The position numbers and the translations under genes are program-made. From assembly GCA_963822355.1 (NCBI GenBank), contig CAWGHI010000007.1:12676-76675 (forward strand): a stretch of 64,000 nt of DNA, given 5' to 3'. Below, one piece after another: positions 55,466-63,897 of the stretch (position 1 is its first letter; every line of letters begins with the position of its first letter). Source of the stretch: an uncultured Flavobacteriaceae bacterium. GTDB lineage: Bacteria; Bacteroidota; Bacteroidia; Flavobacteriales; Flavobacteriaceae. The notes beneath the pieces were generated by a model. That model worked only from the letters and a program-made list of their open reading frames with translations. It did not search any database and was not told the DNA's origin.

Positions 55466-56476
55466 TTACTTTTTATTCAGAGCAATTCGCATTTCTCTAT
55501 TGGCTATTTCCCAAGCTGTGTAAAAAATTAATTGGGCCCGTTTCGCCATTAAATCATATTCAATTTTATCTGGAGTATCCGTGATTTTGTGGTAATCTTC
55601 GTGTACACCGTTGAAATAGAAAATAATTGGTACGTTGTTTTTTGCAAAATTATAATGATCGCTTCGGTAATAAAAACGGTTGGGATCATTGGGGTCATCA
55701 TATTTATAATCAAGATCCAGATTTGTGTATTTCTTGTTTACTTGTGTTGAAATATCCTGAAGTTCTTGACTTATTTTATTACTTCCTATTAAATAAATAT
55801 AGTTTGGATTGTTCTTTTTCTCGGGATCAATTCTTCCAATCATATCAATATTTAGATCGCAAACAGTATTTTCTAATGGGAATATTGGATTTTCAGTGTA
55901 ATATCTTGACCCGTACAGGCCAATTTCTTCCCCAGTTACATGCAGGAACAAAATAGAGCGTTTGGGACCATTGCCATCTTTTACAGCTTGTTGAAATGCT
56001 TGGGCTATTTCTAAAATAGCCACGGTACCACTACCGTCATCATCCGCGCCATTGAAAACGTTGCCTTCTTTATCTGTACCCACATGGTCCAAATGTGCTG
56101 AAATAACAACAATTTCATCCGGCTTTTCGGAGCCTTTAATAAACGCTACTACATTTTCAGAGGGTTTTGCTTCCTTTCTTCCTTCAAAGAAACTAGCTGG
56201 AATGCTCTGATAATAATTGTTCTTTTCAATGGGCGACTCAATGCCTTCATCCATATAAAAATTACGAAGGTATTCGGCGGCCAATCTTTGCCCTTTAGAG
56301 CCTGTCATTCTGCCCTCCATTTCATCACCGGCATAAATATACAAGTGCTTTTTTAGGTCTTGGGCTGTAATGGTATTGGCGTAATCAACATTTGTTTTTT
56401 TAGGCCCTGAAATGTGTTGTGCAGAATTGCAAGAAAATATAAAGGGCGAAAAGAATAAAAAAAGGATAATTTTCAT
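55466..56476 (-). CDS. M28-family metallopeptidase, lipoprotein-like
   Basis: SAHLDH, GADDDGSG, GEEIGL.GS, RSDHYNF and EDYHK.TD motifs. Confidence 0.92.
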   Translation of the reverse strand: MKIILFLFFSPFIFSCNSAQHISGPKKTNVDYANTITAQDLKKHLYIYAGDEMEGRMTGSKGQRLAAEYLRNFYMDEGIESPIEKNNYYQSIPASFFEGRKEAKPSENVVAFIKGSEKPDEIVVISAHLDHVGTDKEGNVFNGADDDGSGTVAILEIAQAFQQAVKDGNGPKRSILFLHVTGEEIGLYGSRYYTENPIFPLENTVCDLNIDMIGRIDPEKKNNPNYIYLIGSNKISQELQDISTQVNKKYTNLDLDYKYDDPNDPNRFYYRSDHYNFAKNNVPIIFYFNGVHEDYHKITDTPDKIEYDLMAKRAQLIFYTAWEIANREMRIALNKK

Positions 56477-56671
56477 AAAGATGTGAAAATGAAATTTACA
56501 TTAAATAACTGAAATTTTTTTTGATTTTTTTTCTGTCTCCCATGGAACGGTAAACGATCAACTTTGTTATTGAGAAAATAACTAAATTTTCCATGATTGT
56601 TTAAACGGTGGTAAAATGTAAAGATAAAATAAGTTTAATGTCTGCTCACAATAAAAAATAAATTAAATAAG

Positions 56672-56704
56672 ATAGCCCTGGAAATAAAAACATTCCAGGG
56701 CTAT
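56672..56704 (-). terminator. Hairpin terminator of the PA2169-family gene
   Basis: ATAGCCCTGGAA ... TTCCAGGGCTAT 12-bp stem. Confidence 0.75.
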
Positions 56705-56734
56705 TCTTGCCTTTTTCTTCTTCATAGTGCTGAT

Positions 56735-57217
56735 CTATTCAACATCGGCAAGGTCTTCTAAAGTCTTTACTTCAGATAAAGTATTGCCTATTTCGGAAGC
56801 TTGTTTCTGTATCAAATTGGAAACATTTGGCGGGAAATTTTCTTCCTTTAATTTTTCTTGATATTCATCATAACTGGCTTTCTCACCTCTAATGCATTCC
56901 TCCAAAACGGCTTCGTCCTCATTTCCGGAAACGGCACTTTTTATGTCTATCCAAGTGCGGTGAAGATCTCCGGTAAAGCTTCCGCTATCTTTTGGTTCTT
57001 CATTCAAATTTCTAATTTCGCGCGATAATTCATTTGCAAATCGACTTCTTTGCGCGGCCTGTTGTTTCAGAAAATTTTTAAGTCTTGGGTTTTCAGCATC
57101 TTCCATGGCTTTTGTAAAACCCTTTTCTGCATCATAATTTTTTTCCAACAGTCCCTGTAAATTATCAACCAGTTCATCGTGGTTGTGCTCTTTTGCTTTT
57201 TCGTTTGTAGTTTTCAT
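56735..57217 (-). CDS. PA2169-family four-helix-bundle (ferritin-like, DUF2383) protein
   Basis: L..LLEKNYDAEKGF..A, G.LHR.W..IK and ECIRGE..S..EY motifs. Confidence 0.88.
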   Translation of the reverse strand: MKTTNEKAKEHNHDELVDNLQGLLEKNYDAEKGFTKAMEDAENPRLKNFLKQQAAQRSRFANELSREIRNLNEEPKDSGSFTGDLHRTWIDIKSAVSGNEDEAVLEECIRGEKASYDEYQEKLKEENFPPNVSNLIQKQASEIGNTLSEVKTLEDLADVE

Positions 57218-57457
57218 AGTTTTCTATTTTTTAATTCCTATAAAGATACCTTTCACCTTTAAAAAAGATTCTTAGCACTTTCACAATTGAGAAGTGTTTA
57301 ACGATATGTGTTAAGGTTTTGTTTTTTGTAAATTTTGAACTACTGCAATAGAAATTCTGGTTGGAATGGCGGATCTCAGAGTTGTTAATTATGTTTTAAA
57401 GTTTTGAGGTCCTTTTTAAAGTTGTGTAACTTATGGATTCAATTAAAAATAAAAATC

Positions 57458-57601
57458 ATGGAAAAGAAAGAAAAATCAACCGAACAGAAAAAGCAAAGTA
57501 TAAAGGAACAGGCAATTAATAAAGGTGCAACCCACGGAAAAGAAGTAAACCCCAAATTGCAACAAAAGCAGGAAAAGCACCAACCTCGGGACACTGCTTA
57601 A
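57458..57601 (+). CDS. Small hydrophilic hypothetical protein (47 aa)
   Basis: A-rich initiation context (AAAATCATG); MEKKEKSTEQKKQSIKEQAINKGATHGKE... Confidence 0.5.
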   Translation: MEKKEKSTEQKKQSIKEQAINKGATHGKEVNPKLQQKQEKHQPRDTA

Positions 57602-57742
57602 TACCGGAAACTTTCGAATTAATAAATGCACGGATAAATGAAGGTTCGTGCATTTTATTTTTTGGTTTATAGCCTGTATTTTCTATTGTTGTTTTGCGGT
57701 AGTAATATATTAATAATTATTTTGCCCAAAGCGCTGGCCCAT

Positions 57743-58309
57743 TTAACGAATGCGCTTCAAAATTTTGCGCGCCCGGGCTTGATAGCCTGCACTTTTGTGG
57801 GGTGCGTTTTCAGTGAGAATATTTCGCAACTCCGGATATATCCACGTTTTATCGTGATCCCATCCCAAATAATAAAGACATTGCATTGCAGGAGCCTGAC
57901 AGGCAACTTTTTGGTCTGTAATTAGCCAATCAAAGCAACATTCTGTAATGCATTTTTTTTCTTCTTTATTTAGAACACTGTAAACTATACCAAACACATG
58001 CATAAAATGATAATGGCACAGCATTTCACAGATTTTTGCGGAGGAACGCAGCGCAGAATCATTTTTTATAGTTGGAAGTCGTTCAAAAAACAGATGCATA
58101 TACTTAAAGAAATTTGTTGCTTTATGTTTGCAAATAATTTCCAACACCCAAGCGGATTTCACCAAAAGTTCACTTTCTTCATGGAAACACCATTGTAACG
58201 TTTCCCGAACATAATGTGGTTTTTTGGTAATCCAGAGAGCAATTTCCAATCTTTTTTTTCGACTGCTGTCAACCTCCATCAATTTCTCCTTTAAATCTTC
58301 CGGAAGCAT
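57743..58309 (-). CDS. Conserved helical (HEAT-like) hypothetical protein
   Basis: SAW.LE, S..R...KICE, ECCFDWLI and KVA.QA.AM..L motifs typical of a Flavobacteriaceae family. Confidence 0.7.
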   Translation of the reverse strand: MLPEDLKEKLMEVDSSRKKRLEIALWITKKPHYVRETLQWCFHEESELLVKSAWVLEIICKHKATNFFKYMHLFFERLPTIKNDSALRSSAKICEMLCHYHFMHVFGIVYSVLNKEEKKCITECCFDWLITDQKVACQAPAMQCLYYLGWDHDKTWIYPELRNILTENAPHKSAGYQARARKILKRIR

Positions 58310-58315
58310 ATTCTT

Positions 58316-58987
58316 CTATTTTAAAAGTTCAACAACCTTTGGAACCCCGGTCGATGCCTTTTCTGCAAAAACGGAAATTCTTTTTGTTTCTGAAATTGAC
58401 GGTTTTGGATCCACAAAATAAATTTGAGCTTCATTTTTGGCATATTGAACCAAGCCAGCTGCGGGATAAACTTGCATGGAAGTACCGACAATTATTACCG
58501 CATCAGCTTTTCCAACTTCTTCAGCTGCAACTTCAATCATCGGCACCATTTCACCGAACCAAACTATATGCGGGCGCAGTTGGTGGTTGTGTTTGCACAA
58601 ATCGCCAAGGTTTAAATCTTTTTTCCAGTCTATAATCAAGTTTTCATCAAAGGTACTTCGTACTTTCAAAAGTTCACCGTGAAGGTGAATTACATTTGTA
58701 CTGCCCGCACGTTCATGCAGATCGTCCACGTTTTGTGTGATTATTGTAACATCGTGTTCTTCTTCAAGTTCGGCCAGAGCAATATGTGCGGCATTTGGCT
58801 GAACCGTTAAAAGTTGTCTTCGACGCTGATTGTAAAAATCCAATACAACGGCGGGATTTCGAGCAAAACCCTCGGGCGAGGCAACTTCCATCACATCGTG
58901 TCCTTCCCAAAGTCCGTCGCTATCCCTAAACGTTTTGATTCCGCTTTCTGCGCTTACTCCGGCGCCTGTTAATACTGTTATTTTCAT
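58316..58987 (-). CDS. cobB: NAD-dependent deacylase (sirtuin)
   Basis: LTGAGVSAESGIKTFR, FYN.RR, TQNVDDLHERAG, LHG, LRPHIVWFGE and GTS..VYPAA motifs. Confidence 0.94.
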   Translation of the reverse strand: MKITVLTGAGVSAESGIKTFRDSDGLWEGHDVMEVASPEGFARNPAVVLDFYNQRRRQLLTVQPNAAHIALAELEEEHDVTIITQNVDDLHERAGSTNVIHLHGELLKVRSTFDENLIIDWKKDLNLGDLCKHNHQLRPHIVWFGEMVPMIEVAAEEVGKADAVIIVGTSMQVYPAAGLVQYAKNEAQIYFVDPKPSISETKRISVFAEKASTGVPKVVELLK

Positions 58988-59035
58988 TTGGATTAACGAT
59001 TGTTGATTTTCGATTGTTGATTTTTGAATTTGTTG
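58988..59035 (-). repeat. Degenerate 7-mer array (nnnAATC) abutting the cobB ATG
   Basis: Minus strand reads AAAAATC AACAATC GAAAATC AACAATC GTTAATC CAAATG. Confidence 0.8.
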
Positions 59036-59092
59036 TTCCCCCTGATGACTGAATACTATTTTGGTATCTTCGCTTAAAATTAATTATTTTCA

Positions 59093-59773
59093 GTGGATAT
59101 TGCATTATTAGAACATCTTCAAACGTATTTGACTGACCGTAGAAAAAATCTTTTTCAAAAAGTACTTTCTGAGCGTACCCGCCATTTCACTGTGGTTACG
59201 GAAGATGTTTACCAACTTCATAATACCAGTGCTGTAATGCGAACCTGCGATGTTTTTGGCATTCAGGATTTGCATGTAGTAGAAGAAAAGGTTAGCAAAC
59301 GGATTGATAAAGAAATTGCGATGGGCGCACAAAAGTGGGTGGATTTCAAGAGATATACTTCAATAAAAAACTGTATTTCAAGCCTTAAAAATTCCGGCTA
59401 CCAAATTATTGCTACCACACCACACGACAATTCCACGTTGCTCCACGAGTTTGATGTTTCAAAAAAGAGTGCTTTTTTATTTGGAAAAGAAATGGAGGGA
59501 CTCAGTGATACGGTGATGGCTGAAGCTGATGGTTTTTTGAAAATCCCCATGTATGGTTTTACGGAAAGCTTGAATATTTCAGTTTCCGCTGCAATTATTT
59601 TGCAAAGCGTAGTTACAAAAATGAAGCAAAGCAATGTAAATTGGCAGCTTTCCGAAGAGGAAAAACTTGAACTTGAAATGCAATGGTTAAAGAAAACAAT
59701 AAAGGCTTCCGATGAAATTATTGAAAGATATTATTCTGAAAATCCCAAATCCCAAATTCCAGATTCCAATTAA
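59093..59773 (+). CDS. TrmH/SpoU-family RNA methyltransferase
   Basis: HNTSAV.R.CD.FG, FG.E..GLS and IPM.GFTESLNISV motifs. Confidence 0.92.
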   Translation: MDIALLEHLQTYLTDRRKNLFQKVLSERTRHFTVVTEDVYQLHNTSAVMRTCDVFGIQDLHVVEEKVSKRIDKEIAMGAQKWVDFKRYTSIKNCISSLKNSGYQIIATTPHDNSTLLHEFDVSKKSAFLFGKEMEGLSDTVMAEADGFLKIPMYGFTESLNISVSAAIILQSVVTKMKQSNVNWQLSEEEKLELEMQWLKKTIKASDEIIERYYSENPKSQIPDSN

Positions 59774-59816
59774 AGTTCAAAAATCTAAAATCGACAATCA
59801 ACAATCGTTAATCAAA
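59740..59816 (+). repeat. Degenerate 7-mer arrays spanning the methyltransferase 3' end and abutting the rdgB ATG
   Basis: AAATCCC AAATCCC AAATTCC AGATTCC ... AAAAATC TAAAATC GACAATC AACAATC GTTAATC AAAATG. Confidence 0.8.
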
Positions 59817-60392
59817 ATGAAACTCGTCTTCGCAACCCACAATAAAAATAAATTCACAGAAGTGAAAGAAATGCTTCCGAAGCACATTGAACTATTAAGT
59901 CTGGATGATATTGGGTGCAGTGAAGATATAGCCGAAACCGCCGAGACCATTGAAGGAAACGCCATTTTGAAAGCAGATTACGTTCAAAAAAAATATAAAT
60001 TAAACTGTTTTGCTGATGACACAGGTTTGGAAGTGAAATCATTGAACAACGAACCTGGAGTTTTCAGCGCTCGATATGCGGGGAATTCAAACGACTCAAA
60101 TGCCAACATTCAAAAGTTATTGAAAAATTTAGAAGGAAAAGAAGATCGAAGTGCCCGTTTTAAGACCGCAATAGCATTAAATTTGGACCAAGAAGAAATT
60201 ATGTTTTTGGGAATTTGTGAAGGCGAAATAATAAAGGAACTTCGCGGCGAATCAGGTTTTGGTTATGATCCTATCTTTCAGCCAAAAGGTTATGAAAAAA
60301 CCTTTGCTGAAATGACACTTCAGCAAAAAAGTGAAGTTGGCCATCGTGGGAAAGCTATGCGGCAACTAATCGACTACTTATCGAAAGGCTAA
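59817..60392 (+). CDS. rdgB: Non-canonical purine NTP pyrophosphatase (Ham1)
   Basis: LVFATHNKNK..E, ADDTGL, PGVFSARY, GFGYDPIF and HRG.A motifs. Confidence 0.93.
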   Translation: MKLVFATHNKNKFTEVKEMLPKHIELLSLDDIGCSEDIAETAETIEGNAILKADYVQKKYKLNCFADDTGLEVKSLNNEPGVFSARYAGNSNDSNANIQKLLKNLEGKEDRSARFKTAIALNLDQEEIMFLGICEGEIIKELRGESGFGYDPIFQPKGYEKTFAEMTLQQKSEVGHRGKAMRQLIDYLSKG

Positions 60393-60396
60393 TTTC

Positions 60397-60993
60397 TTAT
60401 TTAAAAAAAAGGTTTACGGGAACCCGTGTGCCTATATAAAAATGAAATCTCCTCTTATCGTCAACAATACTGCTAACGCCGTATAAAACTCCACCATCTA
60501 TACTAAGAACATTTTTTATTCTGTACTGCAAAGCTAATTTTACAAGTCCATCAATAGCTGTGTAATTTTTAGGTTCAACATCTTTTACGTTTTCAAAAGC
60601 AGGTTTGTTTAGAAAAAAACCAGCACCAATACCTAAATTAAAATGAAGATGACTATTCCAAAGTTCCGCTCCCACCGTTGGAATTAAGTTAATACTTTGA
60701 AAAACATTATCTCCATAATTGGGTGAAGATGTTTCAACGTAATATAGGTCAACCGCGTATGAAAATGTATTTTCAGTATAATAGGCTGCATAGCCACCAA
60801 AAGCAATATGAGCATCACTTTCGGTTGTTTTATTGCCGTAATCTATATCGTTATCGCCTACAATAACTTTTGATTTGTCTTCAAATACAAAAGCCGTTCT
60901 ATGATATTGAAGAAGGGGTCCAAACTCAAAGGTTTGCGAAGTCCCTATGAAGGAAATAAAAAAGAATGTAACTACTAAAAAAGGCTTATTCAT
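60397..60993 (-). CDS. Outer-membrane beta-barrel (porin-family) protein
   Basis: Signal peptide, alternating aromatic/hydrophobic strands, terminal aromatic-rich strand. Confidence 0.65.
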   Translation of the reverse strand: MNKPFLVVTFFFISFIGTSQTFEFGPLLQYHRTAFVFEDKSKVIVGDNDIDYGNKTTESDAHIAFGGYAAYYTENTFSYAVDLYYVETSSPNYGDNVFQSINLIPTVGAELWNSHLHFNLGIGAGFFLNKPAFENVKDVEPKNYTAIDGLVKLALQYRIKNVLSIDGGVLYGVSSIVDDKRRFHFYIGTRVPVNLFFK

Positions 60994-61087
60994 ACTATTT
61001 TTTTGAGGGAGTAAATATAAAAATATAGCTGAAATATATTAGTTTTTTCTTAACAAGAAGTTATTCTTCATTATCCATAAAATAAAC

Positions 61088-61095
61088 TACCTTTG
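61088..61095 (+). promoter_or_regulatory. Bacteroidota -7 box (TACCTTTG) for the DEAD-box helicase
   Basis: TAnnTTTG match ~140 nt upstream of the ATG. Confidence 0.65.
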
Positions 61096-61236
61096 CGCCT
61101 TGAAAAATCTGAGGTATATAAACTTTAGATTTCAACAAAAAATCCTCAAGGTGAGGAGTGTTATAGTGAAGCTGTCCGTTTTTTATATGTCCAGTAGCTT
61201 CCCGTTAGCACACATATAAAAACTTTATTTAATAAA

Positions 61237-63099
61237 ATGACAGCATTTAAAGCACTCGGCTTGGAAGAAAATCTTCTAAAAGCCATCGCCGACATGGGTT
61301 TTGAAACTCCCTCGGAAGTACAAGAAAAAGCAATACCAATTCTTTTAGAGCGCGAAACCGATATGGTTTCCTTAGCACAGACAGGAACTGGTAAAACAGC
61401 AGCATTTGGTTTTCCGATGTTGCAAAAAATTGACGTAAATAGCCGCACTACGCAAGGATTAATCCTTTCGCCAACACGTGAACTTTGCCTTCAAATTACA
61501 AACGAAATTGTAAACTATGGCAAGTATATGCCGGGACTAAACGTAACGGCTATTTATGGAGGCGCAAGTATAACAGACCAAGCGCGTCAGATTAAAAAAG
61601 GTTCGCAGATAATCGTTGCAACGCCAGGACGTATGAAAGATATGATTGGCCGTGGATTGGTTGATATTTCAAAAATTGATTATTGCGTGCTCGATGAGGC
61701 AGATGAAATGCTCAATATGGGCTTTTATGAAGATATCACCGATATTCTATCCCACTCACCAAAAGAAAAAAGTACGTGGCTCTTTAGTGCAACGATGCCT
61801 AAAGAGGTTTCCACCATCGCTAAGAAATTTATGCGTACCCCAGTTGAAATTACTGTGGGAACAAAAAACGTAGGTTCGGACCAAGTTTCGCACGAATATT
61901 ATTTAGTAAATGCGCGCGACCGTTACAGCGCATTAAAGCGTTTGGCAGATGCAAACCCAGAAATCTTTTCGGTTATTTTCTGTAGAACAAAGCGCGATAC
62001 ACAAAAAGTTGCCGAACAACTTATTGAGGATGGTTACAGCGCTGCTGCCCTGCATGGAGATTTAAGCCAAAGTCAGCGTGATACGGTAATGAAATCATTC
62101 CGGGCGCGCCAAATCCAAATGCTTGTGGCAACAGATGTTGCAGCACGCGGAATTGATGTTGATGATATTACACACGTAATAAATTACCAATTGCCAGACG
62201 AAACTGAAGTTTATACCCACCGTAGCGGCCGAACCGGTCGGGCGGGTAAAACTGGGATTTCTATGGTTATCGTTTCAAAAAGTGAAGTGCGAAAAATTCA
62301 CACTATTGAAAAGATGATCCAAAAGAAATTCATTCAAAAGGAAATTCCTTCGGGAATGGAAATCTGTGAAGTGCAGATGTTTCACTTGGCAAACAACATT
62401 AAGGAAACAAAAATAAACCATGAGATTGACGCTTATCTTCCAAACATAAATGAAGTATTGGCAGATTTTTCAAAAGAGGAACTTATCCAAAAAGTTTTTT
62501 CGGTTGAATTTACACGTTTCTTAAATTACTACAAAAACAGTAAAGACCTTAATATTTCTGGGGGTGGCGATCGCAATTTCTCGGAAGAAAGTAAAGACAG
62601 TACGCGCTATTTCTTAAATATTGGTAACAAAGACGATTTCGATTGGATGAGTTTGAAGGATTTTCTTCGCGATTTGTTACAACTTGGAAAAGATGATGTT
62701 TACAAAGTTGACGTAAAAGATAGTTTTTCGTTTTTCAACACAGATACAGTCCATCAAGAATTGGTGATGGGTATTTTCAAGGATTTTAAACTTGAAGGAA
62801 GACAGATCAATATTGAAATTTCAAAAGATACCGGACGCAGCAAAGGCCGAAGTGGCGGCGGCGGAAGGGATAGAGATCGCGGCAAAAGAAGAGGCGATCG
62901 AAATGACCGTAGTGATAGAGGTGGCAGAAGTGATAGAGGAGGAGACCGCGGAGATCGCAGTGAGCGCAAAGGCAGTTTCAAAAAACGTAGCGGCGGCTCA
63001 AGTGGCAGTGATAAACCGTCTTTTAAGGGCAAAAGCCGAAGAAGCAGTGAACGTCCAGAGACCAAAGGTACTGGCGGCAGACGCAGAAGAAAGGATTAA
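61237..63099 (+). CDS. DEAD-box RNA helicase (CsdA/DeaD-like) with DbpA-type RBD and R/G/D-rich tail
   Basis: Q motif, AQTGTGKT, PTREL, TPGR, DEAD, SAT, ARGIDV and HRSGRTGRAG motifs. Confidence 0.96.
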   Translation: MTAFKALGLEENLLKAIADMGFETPSEVQEKAIPILLERETDMVSLAQTGTGKTAAFGFPMLQKIDVNSRTTQGLILSPTRELCLQITNEIVNYGKYMPGLNVTAIYGGASITDQARQIKKGSQIIVATPGRMKDMIGRGLVDISKIDYCVLDEADEMLNMGFYEDITDILSHSPKEKSTWLFSATMPKEVSTIAKKFMRTPVEITVGTKNVGSDQVSHEYYLVNARDRYSALKRLADANPEIFSVIFCRTKRDTQKVAEQLIEDGYSAAALHGDLSQSQRDTVMKSFRARQIQMLVATDVAARGIDVDDITHVINYQLPDETEVYTHRSGRTGRAGKTGISMVIVSKSEVRKIHTIEKMIQKKFIQKEIPSGMEICEVQMFHLANNIKETKINHEIDAYLPNINEVLADFSKEELIQKVFSVEFTRFLNYYKNSKDLNISGGGDRNFSEESKDSTRYFLNIGNKDDFDWMSLKDFLRDLLQLGKDDVYKVDVKDSFSFFNTDTVHQELVMGIFKDFKLEGRQINIEISKDTGRSKGRSGGGGRDRDRGKRRGDRNDRSDRGGRSDRGGDRGDRSERKGSFKKRSGGSSGSDKPSFKGKSRRSSERPETKGTGGRRRRKD

Positions 63100-63209
63100 T
63101 TAGTAGGTGAGGGATGAGTTTAGAGTCTTAAAAAAATTCTAGTTCACATTTTTTTGAATTTATTTTGAATTAAACTTTAGCACCACTTTAACGTCTATAT
63201 AATTATATT

Positions 63210-63246
63210 TACGGGTCTTTTAATTTCGAGACCCGTATTTTTTTAT
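63210..63246 (+). terminator. Rho-independent terminator-like hairpin
   Basis: TACGGGTCTT ... GAGACCCGTA followed by a T run, immediately before the GNAT ATG. Confidence 0.65.
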
Positions 63247-63250
63247 ACTT

Positions 63251-63871
63251 ATGCAAACCTTCAACTTCCTGCAGGAACATATACTGGAAAACGACAGTGT
63301 TCGGCTCAATCCCCTGCACCATCAGGATATTGATAAACTTGTGCATTTTTCAGAACAACAGCCCGAACTTTGGAAGTATTCCCTTCAGCCTGCAAATGGG
63401 AAAGAGAACTTAAAAACCTACATTGACTTCGCCTTGAACGGAAGAAAAGAAGAGACTTCATACCCGTTTATTGTTTTTGACAAACGAACCCAGCAAGTTG
63501 CAGGAAGCACCCGTTTCTACGATTTTCAGAAAAACCACAATACCGTGCAATTGGGTTATACTTGGTACGGCAAAGAATTTCAAGGCACGGGGCTCAACAA
63601 ACAGTGCAAATTATTATTACTTGAATTTGCTTTTGAAACCCTTGATCTTGATCGAGTGGAATTTAGGGCAGATGCCAATAACCAAAGAAGCATAGCCGCA
63701 ATGAAAAGCATCGGTTGCACCGTGGAAGGGATTTTGCGCAGCAATTGCATAGCTCCAACAGGCAGGCGTGACAGCATCGTTTTAAGCATTTTAAAAGAAG
63801 AATGGTTTTTATGCGTAAAAGAATTATTGATATCTAAAATTGAAAAAGAAAGGAAGGTTTCGCCTCAGTGA
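63251..63871 (+). CDS. GNAT-family (RimJ/RimL-like) N-acetyltransferase
   Basis: AGSTRF, GYTWY..QGTG.N, LLL.FAFE, RVEF.AD..N.RS and G...EG.LR motifs. Confidence 0.9.
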   Translation: MQTFNFLQEHILENDSVRLNPLHHQDIDKLVHFSEQQPELWKYSLQPANGKENLKTYIDFALNGRKEETSYPFIVFDKRTQQVAGSTRFYDFQKNHNTVQLGYTWYGKEFQGTGLNKQCKLLLLEFAFETLDLDRVEFRADANNQRSIAAMKSIGCTVEGILRSNCIAPTGRRDSIVLSILKEEWFLCVKELLISKIEKERKVSPQ

Positions 63872-63897
63872 AATTTTTCCGTATATTAAATCCCTAT

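Noticed and set aside
57425-57450. TGTAAC as another ECF -35 element upstream of the 47-aa ORF
   Set aside because: There is no GTCT/CGT -10 element at the expected spacing.
55325-57601. Genomic island integrated at tRNA-His
   Set aside because: There is no integrase and no duplicated tRNA 3' end downstream. The tRNA is followed directly by a terminator and ordinary genes.
57743-58309. Adenylosuccinate lyase (a label I recall being attached to this family)
   Set aside because: At 188 aa it is far too short and lacks the fumarase/lyase signature; the label is a likely misannotation.
379-59816. CRISPR array interpretation of the tandem repeats
   Set aside because: Units are 7-8 bp, contiguous and lack unique spacers; no cas genes are present.
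43-63789. Numerous 60-200 aa ORFs antisense to or overlapping the called genes (e.g. 608-1069, 2050-2502, 10272-10811, 38499-39104, 55627-55956)
   Set aside because: They are shadow frames of well-supported genes, with no recognisable motifs and atypical composition.
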